DNA of 41,810 nucleotides from Chiloscyllium plagiosum (GCF_004010195.1 NC_057750.1:12851459-12893268), one strand, 5' to 3'. Counted from the first letter of the stretch, positions 11,674 through 22,940 are shown. Numbers and translations are program-made. Notes: generated from the sequence alone by a model not told the origin.

Positions 11674-12069
11674 TACAAGACAATTTTCTGAGTCAGTATG
11701 TGGATGTACCAACTAGAGAAGGTGCAAAACTTGACCTACTCTTGTGAAATAAGGCAGGGCAGGTGAATGAGGTGTCAGTGGGGGAGCACTTTGGGGCTAG
11801 CGACCATAATTCCATTAGATTTAAAATCGTGATAGAAAGGATAGATTAGATCTAAAAGTTGAAGTTCTAAATTGGAGAAAGGCCAATTTTGACGGTATTA
11901 GGCAAGAATGTTCGAAAGCTGATTGGAGGCAGATGTTCGCAGGTAAAGGGATGGCTGGAAAATGGGAAGCCTTCAGAAATGAGATAACAGGAATCCAGAG
12001 AAAGTATATGCCTGTCAGGGTGAACGGAAAGGCTGGTCGGTATAGGAAATGCTGGATGACTAAAGAAAT
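11590..12069 (+). mobile_element. CR1 endonuclease/linker region
   Basis: GDCNFPNI, EEFVKC, PTREGAKLDL and GEHFGASDHNSI motifs. Confidence 0.9.
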
Positions 12070-12092
12070 TAACCCTAACCCGAACCCTAACC
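12070..12092 (-). repeat. Short interstitial telomeric repeat, (TTAGGG)n with one TTCGGG variant
   Basis: taaccctaacccgaaccctaacc. Confidence 0.75.
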
Positions 12093-12200
12093 ACCCCACC
12101 AATCTCCATGTTCAGCGCATCATCCGCCGTCATTTCCGCCACCTCCAAACGGACCCCACCACCAAGGATATATTTCCCTCCCCTCCCCTACCAGCATTCC
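12092..12200 (+). mobile_element. Penelope-like element ORF fragment
   Basis: HPTNLHVQRIIRRHFRHLQTDPTTKDIFPSPPLPAF resembles the region between the RT and GIY-YIG domains of vertebrate PLEs. Confidence 0.7.
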
Positions 12201-12204
12201 AATC

Positions 12205-12515
12205 TCTGCAATGTGGAAGTAGGCTGTTCGGCACATCCATGCCATCCCTTAGAAGAGCATCCCACCCAGACCCAACCCCCTACCTACAACCCCACATTTA
12301 CCATGACTAACCCATCGAGCCTGCAGATCCCTGGACGCTATGGTTAAGGTAGCACAGTCAGTTCACCTAACCTGTACATCTTTGGGCTGTGGGAGGAAAC
12401 CCACACGGACACGGGGAGAACATGCAAACTCCACAGAAGCAGTGGCCCAATGCTGGGATCGAACCCGGGTACCTGGCTATGTGAGGCAGCAGTGTTAACC
12501 ACTGAGCCACCCACG
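12205..12515 (-). mobile_element. HE1-type V-SINE
   Basis: gaggcagcagtgttaaccactgagccac head; ggaggaaacccacacggacacgggg core. Confidence 0.9.
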
Positions 12516-12519
12516 TTGC

Positions 12520-12880
12520 TTGCCTGCCTTGGCATTGCAAGTGCATATCTGAAGCCTTCTTCAATATGATGAGAATTTGTGCTTCTACCACCCTCACTCT
12601 GGCAGTGAGTTCCAGACTCCCAGCAACCTCTGGGTGAAGATGTTTTTCCTCACATCCCCCCTAAGCCGCCTACCCCTTACCTTAAATCTGTGCCCCCACC
12701 CCACACCCCCAGTGTTTGATCCCTGCACCAAGGAGACAGGGTTCCTTGCCTCATTAAGCCCTAGAATTTGATGCATCTCAATCACGTCCCCTCTCAGTCT
12801 CCACTGCTGCAAGGAAGACAGCTCCAATCTGTCCAATCTCTCTTTGTAGGCAATGATCTCCAGCCCGAGCAACATCCCGG
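12520..12880 (-). mobile_element. CR1 3' fragment
   Basis: YKERLDRLELSSLQQWRLRGDVIE...FTQRLLGVWNSLPE. Confidence 0.88.
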
Positions 12881-13090
12881 GAGAAAGTGGGGACTGCAGA
12901 TGCTGGAGACCAGAGTGGAAAAGCGCAGCAGGCCAGGCAGCATCCGAGGAGCAGGAGAGTCGACGTTTTGAGCATAAGCCCTTCATGAGGAATGTCTTCA
13001 CATGCCTGATGAAGAGCATACCCTGAAACGTCGACTCTCCTGCTTCTCAGACCCTGCCTGTGCTTTTCCAGCACCACACTTTTTCACTCA
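12881..13090. mobile_element. PLE pLTR fold-back insertion with hammerhead-like cores on both arms
   Basis: TSD agcaacatcc(c/t)gg at 12868-12880 and 13091-13103; ctgatga at 13006, gaaacgtc at 13025. Confidence 0.82.
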
Positions 13091-14609
13091 AGCAACATCC
13101 TGGGGATCTTTTCAGTCAACAGATGGGGTCAGGGCAGATTCTGAACCGTCCTTGGTTAAGTGTGGAGCAGCCGAGGGACATGCCCTGGTAAGTGACTGCT
13201 TAGGGCTACAGTTTTACCAAGGTCAGTCAGCTAGGAAAGGTATTATCTGGCCATTGGTCACATCACAGACTGTTATGCTCAGAACACGAATCCAGTTGAT
13301 TCCATGAGCTCTCATTGTCCTTGTGAAGGCCCAGACATGGCTTAAGTGGGTCATGAACCCCTGGAAACGTCGATGGGGGTGGAGCAGATCTGCAATCCCC
13401 CAAAACCGCAATCCTTGGGGGTGCTGCCAGTAGTGCACTGAGGCCACCCAGAGGTTCAACCACAGATTCTCCATAGGTAGAAGGAATACATAGAGGTAGA
13501 TAAACAGAGGGGATGAAGATGTCAGGGTGGGGACTGAATGAGGAGGGGGAACGCAGGGGTCTGTTTTCCTGAGGGGAACACTTCCCGAAGCCGGGCACAG
13601 TTCTTGTGGGTGTGAGGGAATCATTCCCCTACCCACCCCCAACGGGCTGCAGATAAATCTGGACCGGTCTGCTGGGGTTGCACCCCCACGTTGAGAGTGC
13701 CCCACCCATTGCTTGATTAAGAGCCCCGTTTGGCCGTTGACAGAGAGGTCACCTGCAGATGTTCCTAAAGAAGGTGGAAAGACCGCAGGATCTGCACTCC
13801 GCACTGTCCCACCCGACTGTACAAACAGCCAGTCTCCACACCCAGGCCTGAGGGGCTGGAAGGAGGGCATTAAAATCTGCCGAGTGTTGTCTGATATGCC
13901 TCACTATCAGATTTTATTTTAGAATGCATCTGAAAAATAACTCAGAAGTTCTATTACATTCAAGTTGCTCAATAAACATAAGTTCTCACTAACTTTTTCA
14001 TTTCCTCCTTAATTGAACATAAGAAATAGGACTGGGAATAGGCCATTGGCCCATTGAGTCTACCTTGCTATTCAATAAGATCAAGATCATTCTCTTTTTC
14101 TTCAGATGTGATTTCATCATTAACTCTCTATTTAGGTGTGGTATTAAATTCTTAACTCATTTGTTCTTATTTTTAATGAAATGTGTTTCACATGTATGTA
14201 ACTATATAAATGCAGCAGTATCTCTACTGCACTATGATTACTATTCTCTAATTGCTGCCCAAGTCTTTGTTTGAGTTCCTGTACACTGGCCTGTTGGCTT
14301 GCTACATACTAAACACTACACCCTATAAAATCTGATCCCCTTCTTCTCTAACAGATTAGATTTTGTTGAAGTTATGGTTGCTGGAGTCTCACATCATTAG
14401 TAGGTCTGCATTTAATGTATTTGTGCACAGACTTCACCCTCCGTTTTCTTGTCACTGTGAAATGGACTCATAGGGAATTGTATTCCAAATTCCCTGTACC
14501 TCCATGCTGGGCTTTCCCTTTCCCCTCTAATACTGGTGACCATCTTATCAGCTGCCTCAGCCTTCCACCTTCTCAATCTCTCCATCACCTCCTTTTCTTT
14601 TAAGACCTT

Positions 14610-15120
14610 CCTATCGGAAGGATGTTGTGAAGCTTGAAAGGGTTCAGAAAAGATTTACAAGGATGTTGCCAGGGTTGGAGGGCTTGAGCTCCAGGGAGAG
14701 GCTGAACAGGCTGGGGCTGTTTTCCCTGGAGCGTCGGAGGCTGAGGGGTGGCCTTATAGAGATTTACAAAATTATAAGGGGCATGGATAGGATAAATAGG
14801 CAAGGTCTTTTCCCTGGGGTCAGGGAAACCAGAACTAGAGGGCATAGGTTTAAGGTGAGAGGGGAAAAATGTAAAAGAGATCTAAGGGGCAACTTTTTCA
14901 CACAGAGGGTGGTATGTGTATGGAATGAGCTGCCAGAGGAAGTGGTGGAGGCTGGTACAATTGCAACGTTTAAGAGGCATTCGGATGGGTATATGAATAG
15001 GAAGGGTTTGGAGAGATATGGGCCGGGTGCTGGCAGGTGGGACTAGATTGGGTTGGGATATCTGGTCGGCATGGACGGGTTGGACCAAAGGGTCTATTTT
15101 TGTGCTGTACATCTCTATGA
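14610..15120 (+). mobile_element. CR1 3' region (young)
   Basis: ORF 14627-15046: LERVQKRFTRMLPGLEGLS...WNELPEEVVEAG. Confidence 0.96.
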
Positions 15121-15159
15121 CACTCTGAGTCGATAATCAGTTCATAGAAGTATCTAAAG

Positions 15160-15420
15160 TTCTGAGGAAGGGTCATTCGACCCAAAACATTAACTGTGAT
15201 TTCTCTCCACAGATACTGTCAGATCTGCTGAGCTTTTCCAGCAATGTGAAGATGGTTGAAAACACGAGAACTGCAGATGCTGGAAATCATAGTCAATAAA
15301 ATGTGGAGCTATGAAAGCACAGCAGGTCCGACAGCATCGGAGGACTGATCCTCAGCCCGAAATGTTGACTTTTCTGCTCCTTTGATGATGTGAAACTGAT
15401 TGTTGCCCTGCTCTATCTCC
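15160..15420. mobile_element. Two PLE pLTR-type fragments
   Basis: ctgagga-a-gggtc-attc-gaccc-aaaac at 15162-15188; ctgcagatgctggaaatc...cacagcaggtc. Confidence 0.7.
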
Positions 15421-15429
15421 CAGAGAGCT

Positions 15430-15870
15430 AGTCATAGAGACGTACAGCACGGAAACAGACCCTTCGGTCCAACCTGTCCATGCTGGCCAGGTATCCCAAC
15501 CCAATCCCATCCCACCTGCCAGCACCCGGCCCATATCCCTCCAAACCCTTCCTATTCATATACCCATCCAGATGCCTTTTAAATGTTGTAATTGTATCAG
15601 CCTCCACCACTTCCTGTGGCAGCTGATTCCATAAATGCACTACCCTCTGTATGAAAAACGTGCCCCTCAGGTCCCTTTTATATCTTTCCCCTCTCACCTT
15701 AAACCTATGCCCCTAGTTTTGGATTCCCCTACCCTGGTGAAAAGACTTTAGCTAATCATCCTATCCATGCCTCTCATGGTTTTATAAACTTCTGTAAAGT
15801 CACCCCTCAGCTTCCGATGCTCCAGGGAAAGTTGCTCCAGCCTATTCAGCCTCTACCTTATAGCTCAAGT
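15430..15870 (-). mobile_element. CR1 3' region
   Basis: RGERYKRDLRGTFFIQRVVHLWNQLPQEVV. Confidence 0.95.
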
Positions 15871-16254
15871 CTTGTGGGTCCAGATCCTGCCAGGACAGGG
15901 TTTGATTTGTCCAGTTCCAAACTGAGAGGTTTCAGGATCTGCCTTCCTGGCCTTTCCCATTGGGACTCGGGGGGGGGGGGGGGGGGGGGGGGGTGGGGGG
16001 TTGGAAACAAGACCTGTGTTTGGACAGACAACTCAAAGAAGAAAGATTTCGTTGCCTAGTGATCCCATTAGTAGGCCAGCAGACCACAGCATGTGAATTT
16101 AAATCCCTCCAAGGCAAATTGCGAGATTAAATTCAATGAAACAGCTAATTGACCAGAAAGTAACCGTGAAAGCTGCCAAAGTGTTCTAAACAACTCAACC
16201 TGTTCACAAAAGTCCACAAGGGCCAAGAACAATCCTGTCTTATTTGACTACAAA

Positions 16255-16578
16255 TATTCATAGAATCATAACAGAGTAGGAAACAGGCCATCCAGCCCAT
16301 CAAGTCCACACCAACCCTCCAAAGTGAATCCCATTCAGACTCACCCCCATCTCTGGGACTCTGCATTTCCCATGGCTAACCCACCCAGCCTTCACATTCC
16401 TGGACACTTTCCCACGGCCAATCCACCTAACCTGCACGTTTTCGGCTTGTGGGAGGAAACCAGAGCACCCAGAGACAGGGAGAAAGTACAAATTCCGCAC
16501 AGGCAGTTGCCCAAGGCTGGAATTGAGCCCAGGTCCTTGGTGCTGTGAGGCAGCAGTGCTAACCACTGAGCCACCACG
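16255..16578 (-). mobile_element. HE1-type V-SINE
   Basis: Head and tail as in the other copies. Confidence 0.92.
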
Positions 16579-16840
16579 TCACCCATTGGCAAGACAATTG
16601 AAGGCAACTTGTCACTGTCACTGTGTTTGTAAGATCAAATATAAATAAAAAGTCCTTCAGAAACCTAGTTAATATTTAAGAGCAATAATTTCTAACGAGA
16701 CACTGGAAGATTCAGTACTTAGAGTATGAGGATTGTGCAATGGGAATAAGAGATTGGTTATCTTTCTGTAAAATATGTTCTTGTTTATCATTTCATTATT
16801 CTCCTCCCCCTCCCTTCTGTTTATTTATTTTACATTCAAG

Positions 16841-17094
16841 GGCTGGTTCCATGGGCTACAATCCAAGAATTTACAGAAGAGTTGTCTGCGGCTCTCCAAC
16901 AGAGGATCATTCCCAGTTAAACGCAACAATGCTTGGCCAAGTGCCTCTGTGTTTAGAAACGTGTGTAGGAAGGAGTTACGAGCGTATAATTTGAAGGGGG
17001 GAGGGGAAGCAGTCAATGTCAGAATTCAGGAGAAGAAACAACATCATTTGGAGGTTGAGGTGGAGTTAGCTCGTCATTGTCTTCTGAAAGTGAT
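16841..17094 (+). other. Candidate plus-strand exon (coding status unknown)
   Basis: Long pyrimidine tract plus AAG acceptor ending at 16840; GAT|GTGAGT donor at 17095; one frame open throughout. Confidence 0.25.
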
Positions 17095-17289
17095 GTGAGT
17101 GTTTTTGCTATTGTTGCTGCTTTGTGTCAGAATGCTTTATAATAAGGGCTTGGCACAGACACAATTCCAGTCTGCCTCTGGGCTATTTTTGAGCATGAGT
17201 GCTGATATGTACAGTTTATCCATGTCTGAGACCTCAAAGAGGACACCCACATCAGACAGACAGGTGATTGGCCTTAATGGGAATCAGTG

Positions 17290-17690
17290 AGGGGAGCCAT
17301 CTTGGCTCAGAGAATCTCACTTCAGTGCAGTATCCAGACTGACACTTGCTACATCTTACTGAGGTAAGTCCTACGCTCTGGGAGCTGCTGGCTTTTCAAC
17401 ATGAAACCAGCTGTTCCCTCAGGTGCAGGTATAAGACACCCTGTGGCGATATCCCAAGGAGAAATGACGTCAAACCTGCCCAGTGTCCCAGCTGCTGGTT
17501 GTTCTGCAATCGATGTCACTTCAGAACAGACAGTTTGTTTGTTTCAGTGCTGCTTGTGGGATCTTGCTATGCCAACTCGGCTGCTGCGATTCCTGCCTCA
17601 CCTACATTTTGGTGGGCTAGTCCTTCACTGGCTGTGCAGCGCTGTGAGGCTTCCTGAACCCGTGGAAGGAAATGCAAGCCTTTCTTTCAT
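17290..17690 (+). mobile_element. DeuSINE-like element, degraded but near full length
   Basis: cagtgcagta..., ctcaggtgcaggtataagacaccctgtggc..., tgtgggatcttgctatgc..., aaatgcaagcctttctttc. Confidence 0.65.
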
Positions 17691-18018
17691 TCTACCTTCC
17701 CTTCTCTCTCTCTCTTTTGTTACCTTTCCTTCATGTCTTTCTTTATCTCTGCCTTTCTTCTTCACTCTCTTCCTCCCTTCCTTTATTTTTCTCCCTGTCN
17801 NNNNNNNNNNNNNNNNNNNNNNNNNNNNNNNNNNNNNNNNNNNNNNNNNNNNNNNNNNNNNNNNNNNNNNNNNNNNNNNNNNNNNNNNNNNNNNNNNNNN
17901 NNNNNNNNNNNNNNCCTCTCTCTTTTCACTCTCCTCCTTTCTTCCCCTTCTTGTTCCTTCCTTTTTCTCTTCTTTCTTTCTTTCCTCTTCCTTTCTCCTC
18001 TCTCTCCTTTCCTTTCTG
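17680..18018. repeat. CT-rich low-complexity tract containing N-gap 17800-17914
   Basis: Visible polypyrimidine sequence on both sides of the gap. Confidence 0.95.
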
Positions 18019-18189
18019 CCGGACACCAGGGCCAGCCCAACCTTGTTCCAGTTAAGGCCTTGCATTTGGAAATGCCAGTGGGAGCCCAGGATCATTTCAC
18101 GGCGTGGTACAACAGGATGGCAATCATCCTGCCAATCCTTCACGTGTGAAGATACAAAGCAAAACGACAGCCAGCATAGGTTAGCTTAG

Positions 18190-19128
18190 GGTATGACTTC
18201 CTGACCCATAGACCACAATCTGTAAGAATAGGCCACAACACCTCCTCTACCACAATCCTCAACACCAGTGCCTCACCAGGCTACCTACTCGGCCCCTACT
18301 CTACTCCTCATGTACTCATGACTGAGTTTACCAACGAAGAGATGGAAGACAGGAAAGAGACTGAGCACTTAGTGGCATGGTGTAAAGATAACAATCTCTC
18401 CCTCAACGTCAGCAAAATGAAGGAGCTGATCATCTACTTCAGGAAGCAGAGTGGAGGGCACGCCCCCGTCTGCATCAGTGGTGCTGAGATGGAGATGGTC
18501 GAGACCATCAAATGCCTGGGATTGATGATCACCAACAATCTGTTCTCATCCACCCATGTTGACAGGACAGTCAAGAAACCGGTCACAACAATGCCTCTAC
18601 TTCCTCAGGAGGCTCAGGAAATCCAGCATATCCACAAGGGCTCTTAACAGTTTTTATAGATGCACCATAGAAATCATCCTATCCATATACATCACGGTTT
18701 GGTGTGGCAACTGCTCTGCCCAGGACTGTAAGAGACTACAGAGAGCTGTGAACCCAGCCCAGTCCATCACACAAACCAGCCTCCCACCCACTGACTCCAT
18801 CTACACTTCCTACTGCATCGGAGTCCATCATCAAAGACCCCTCCCATCCCGGTTCGAATCTCTTCCAACATCTTCCATTGGGCAGAAGATATAAATGTTT
18901 GTATACATACAGGAACAGATTCAAGAACAGCTTCTTCCCTGCTTGTGAACTGACCTCTCACATGTTAATTCTCCCTGCACCTTCTCTGCAGCTGTAACAC
19001 TGTATTCTGCACTCTGTTCTGCTACCCTAGTGCACTTTGTATGGTACAGTCTGCCTATATAGCAGGCAAAACAACACTTTTCACTGTATCTCAGTACATG
19101 TGACAACAATAAATCGATCAATCAATCC
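18190..19128 (+). mobile_element. Rex1/Babar-clade LINE, RT C-terminal part to 3' tail
   Basis: LVAWCKDNNLSLNVSKMKELI, FYRCTIE, ITVWCGNCSAQD; tail aataaatcgatcaatcaatc. Confidence 0.88.
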
Positions 19129-20104
19129 ATAGCAGAGCACCTTCTGAACCAAGCTGTTTGACTAGGAGAGTCCTCACTTAGCATCTTTCTTGCCAAATTA
19201 AACAGATAAGCACGCACAGGACAGAAAAAAATAGTTCTCATTTCCAAAAGGATCAGTGACAGAAAATTTAAAATGATTTAAAAAAAATTAGCACAATTAA
19301 TTTGATTGGATTTTTTTTTTAATAGCTCTGACTGAGTGGTTCCAATTTAAAATCTAATGAAATGATTGGGAAAAGTTATGGAACTTTTCAATATCAGGTG
19401 CCTAACGTATGATAATGTATCATCCAAACCGGACTCTGTACCCCCTGTCAATTGCCTGGACGTGGGTTGAAGTGGATATCTGGTTTGGAAAGTTGTCATT
19501 TTATAGAGCTCCCCATTTCCAAAACCTCTTAAACATTGATGGAAAAGAATTTGAAAAAAAAAATCCCATTCTACAGCTTTGGTCCATTTATTAAGTGTCC
19601 CACTTATTGCCTGATCAAGTAGATTTTATTGCTCAGTTATAATTCACGGATATAAAGCAGTTAATTACATAATCCCAGCAATATTCTCAAATGAAATTGC
19701 CTGAAGGGTTACTGCAGAAACAGACTACATATCACACTTAATTCTCTCTTGTATAAATTAATGGCCCAAGACATTATATAATAGCAGTAATGGATCTGAA
19801 GCTGTGTATTAATTGCCTGTTAGTGCACCATGTCAGCAGTGTAGGCACTTGGCTTTACTAAAGGGAGAATTCAAAAGAAATGTCAGTTCTGCCTTTAGGA
19901 AAATCGAAGAGTCTGAGGTCTAGGTTCATAATCCCTGTCATTGCCCCTTTACAAAACCATCGCAACTTCTACTAAATCTCTTCCCGCCACCTCCTCACAG
20001 ACGTGTAGTATTTACAATGGAGAAGGAGTCCATTCAGCCTGCACCTATGTCCCTGCTAGCTCTTTCCCCATCTGTTCTTGATTAATCCTACTTCCTTTCA
20101 TTCA

Positions 20105-20215
20105 TCCCGTTATATAAAAAAGCATATTGATTCATTGATTTATTGCTGTCATGTGTGGAGATACAGTGAAAAGTGTTGTTTTGTGTGCTTTACAAGCAGA
20201 TTGTACCACACAAAA
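20105..20215 (-). mobile_element. Rex1/Babar 3' tail fragment
   Basis: Reverse complement of about 19030-19125. Confidence 0.8.
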
Positions 20216-20353
20216 ACCACATATCCTCTTTGCTCGATGGGTGATTGCAGATTTGCCGAACTCACTATGATCTGTACTTGCATGTTGAATGACCTTTATA
20301 GAGAAAGCTAACATAACCAAGGATGGGATTGGTCAGTTTCGGATTGACCGTAC

Positions 20354-20572
20354 CTTTGGGGTGTACCTCACTTCTCGATGGACTATCGGCTGTAGTGGCC
20401 GATTCATCAGTGCCTGTCCCTTCACGGCTATCGTCGGAAAATGGTGATTCCAACTGAGGTCTTTTCTGTAGCTCTCTGATTTTTCCAAGCCCTTTCCTGC
20501 TATTCCTGACAGCAGTGAGGAATTCCCAAGTGTGGTCCCAGTCGACTGGAGCTTTCGCTTGAACACATCCTT
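20354..20572 (-). CDS. Candidate 219-nt symmetric coding exon of an unidentified gene
   Basis: tgtgtctaatag| acceptor and AAG|gtacgg donor; length 73 codons; two open frames; CpG-retaining non-repeat sequence. Confidence 0.4.
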
Positions 20573-20619
20573 CTATTAGACACATAGATAGACACACAAG
20601 GGACAATTTGTTACGAGGT

Positions 20620-21120
20620 TGTCTGGAGATCTTCAGGCTCAGGGGTGGTGTGTCCATGAGATGGGAGGTCTGGGTTCAAGCTCCACTTCAGCAGAAGGAT
20701 GCTCTGTCTGTGGAGGGAGTACAGCCAGACTGATACCAGGGACAGCAGGATTGAGGTACGAAGAGACATCAAATCCATTAGAACTGTATTCACTGGAGAT
20801 CATAAGAATGACAATAGGAATCTAAAATGTTCCAACAGGAACAGATAGGGTAAAGCCAGGAAGGATGATCCCAATGACCAGGGAATCCAGAACCAGGGGG
20901 TCATAGTCTAAGGATAATGGTGTTTAGGACTGAGATGAGGAGAAATGTTTTCACCCAGAGAGTGGGAGAACCTGTGGGATTCACTCCCACAGACAGTGGT
21001 TGAGAGGAAAACATTGAATGTTATCAAGGAGGAGTTACATATAGTTCTTAGAGTGAAAGGGATCAAAGGGTATGGGGAGCAGGCTCAAAGGGCTGAATGG
21101 TCAACTCCTGCTCCTATTGT
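20620..21120 (+). mobile_element. CR1 3' region, degraded
   Basis: LIPGTAGLRYEE...LELYSLE; LWDSLPQTVVE. Confidence 0.85.
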
Positions 21121-21129
21121 CTGTGCACA

Positions 21130-21360
21130 GAAGCCTCACTGCACCAGGGACCCAGGTTCGATTCCACCCTCGGGCAACTGTCTGTGTGGGGTTTGCACAT
21201 TCTCCCCATGTCTGCGGGGCTTCTGTGCTCCGGTTTCCTCCCACAGTCCAAAGATGCGCAGGTTAGGGTGGATTGACCATGATAAATGCGGGGTTATGGT
21301 GATACGGTAGAGGCTGGGTCTGGGCGAGATTCGGTGCAGACTCAATAAGCTGAATGGCCT
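21130..21360 (+). mobile_element. HE1-type SINE fragment
   Basis: gcctcactgcaccagggacccaggttcgattcc...ccacagtccaaagatg. Confidence 0.85.
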
Positions 21361-21477
21361 CAATGCCTCAGACTCAATGCCTGAATGGCATTGTGGGGAA
21401 TTCTCTGATGGCAGGAGGTAAGATTGGGTCAGCTGTCCTGCAATAGGCAAAAGCAATCCACTGCAGTGGATAAGCAC

Positions 21478-21945
21478 ATAAATAGGAAAGGTTTGGAGGG
21501 ATATGGGCCAGGAGCAGGTAGATGGGACTAGGTTAGTTTGGGATTATGTTCAGCATGGACTGGTTGGAGCGAAGGTTTCCGTGCTGTACATCTCTATCAA
21601 AACTGGAGAAGTCAATGTTTAGATGAAGTTAAGCAAATAATAATAGGAAGGGTTTAGAGAGATATGGGCCAAGTGCTGGCAAATGGGACTAGATTAGGTT
21701 AGGATATCTGGTCGGCATGGACGAGTTGGACCGAAGGGTCTGTTTCCCTGCGGTGTGGCTCTATGAAAACTGGAGAAGTCAAGATTTAGATGAAGTTAAG
21801 CAGATGGGCTGAAAGAAAGAAGGATTTCAAGGGATTCGGGACAAGTGCTGGTAAATGGGACTAGATTAGGTTGGGATATCTGGTCGGCATGGACGAGTTG
21901 GACCGAAGGGTCTGTGCCCATGCTGTACATCTCTATGACTCCATC
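21478..21945 (+). mobile_element. Three tandem CR1 3'-tail copies with a repeated spacer of about 37 bp
   Basis: gggactag...gcatggac...gaaggg occurs three times; aaaactggagaagtcaa..tttagatgaagttaagca occurs twice. Confidence 0.88.
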
Positions 21946-22339
21946 ACTCTAAGTGGTAATAATCAGGGGTGGCACAAACAGAAACCCAAACAGAATGGAT
22001 AGTTTCATTTCTGTCCTTTGTCCATTGCATGACCAACAGACAGCTCACCATCACCTTCTCAAAGCAATGAGGGCAACAATTGCTGACCCACCAGTGACGC
22101 CCACATCATCAGTGAATAAAAAAAATGTATTGCCGGTCCCTTTTTGCCCTTGAGAAGCTGCCTTCTTGAATCACTCGCTCTACGCAAAATTTGGAAACAA
22201 CATTAACCTTGAAGCTGATGACAACCGAGCTGCTTATTCCCACCCAGTCCCATTTGAATTGACTGATTTAACTTCCCAAGTTGGACAGCTATTGCAGAGT
22301 GCGTTAGCAAACAATGATTTTTGTTTTTCGCAAAGATGT

Positions 22340-22414
22340 TAATCATGAACAAAATGATGACTGAGGGAAGTTTTCTGCAAAAAAGAAACTCAGTCATCAT
22401 TTTGTTCATGATTA
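22340..22414. repeat. Perfect 26-bp inverted repeat with 23-nt spacer
   Basis: taatcatgaacaaaatgatgactgag (22340-22365) and ctcagtcatcattttgttcatgatta (22389-22414). Confidence 0.97.
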
Positions 22415-22469
22415 TCAGACTGAATTTTAACATCTCTGTCCACTTATTTGATGGAAACCATACTCATAG

Positions 22470-22940
22470 GCAGGAGAGTTCCATGATTCTGACCCAGCGA
22501 CAGTGAAGGAACAGCGATATATTTCCAAGTCAGGATGGTGAGGGAGGGGAACTTGCAGTAGGTGGTGTTCCCATGTGTCTACTGCCCTTGTCCTTCCAGT
22601 TGGAAGTGGTTGTGGGTTTGGAAAGTGCTATCTGAGGATCTTTGGTGAGCTTCCGCAGTGCATCTTGTAGATGGTACACCCTGCTGCTACTGAACGTGGT
22701 GGAGGGAGTGGATGCTTGTGGATGTGGTGCCAATCAGAAGGGCTACTTTACCCTGGATGGTGTTGAGCTTCTTGAGTGTTGTTGAAGCTGCCCCTATCCA
22801 GGCAAGTAGGGAGCATTCCCTCACCCTCCGGACTTGTGTATGGTAGATGTTGGACGGGATTTGGTGAGTCAGGAAGTGAGTTACTTGCTGTGGGATTCCC
22901 AACCTCTGAATTGTTCCTGTAGCCACTGTGTTTATATGGA
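22470..22940 (-). mobile_element. CR1/L2-group LINE of a second family, 3' region
   Basis: RLGIPQQVTHFLT...IYHTQVR...LAWIGAASTTLKKLNTIQ; related pieces at 28030-28340 and 33640-33840. Confidence 0.8.

Noticed and set aside
13223..13870. 215-aa minus-strand ORF
   Set aside because: No recognisable domain or clear splice signals; lies in a probable old transposon-derived block.
14627..15046. 139-aa ORF as a host gene (likewise 10465-10992, 26507-26860, 34668-35114)
   Set aside because: C-terminal fragments of CR1 ORF2 from 5'-truncated copies.
15968..16000. Poly-G run as a functional element
   Set aside because: Simple homopolymer, prone to sequencing error, with no supporting context.
17401..18189. 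Hydrophobic or charged long ORFs
   Set aside because: CT-rich low-complexity sequence plus an N-gap.
21478..21945. Repeat-spacer pattern resembling a CRISPR array
   Set aside because: Only two repeats, and the intervening segments are homologous CR1 tails.
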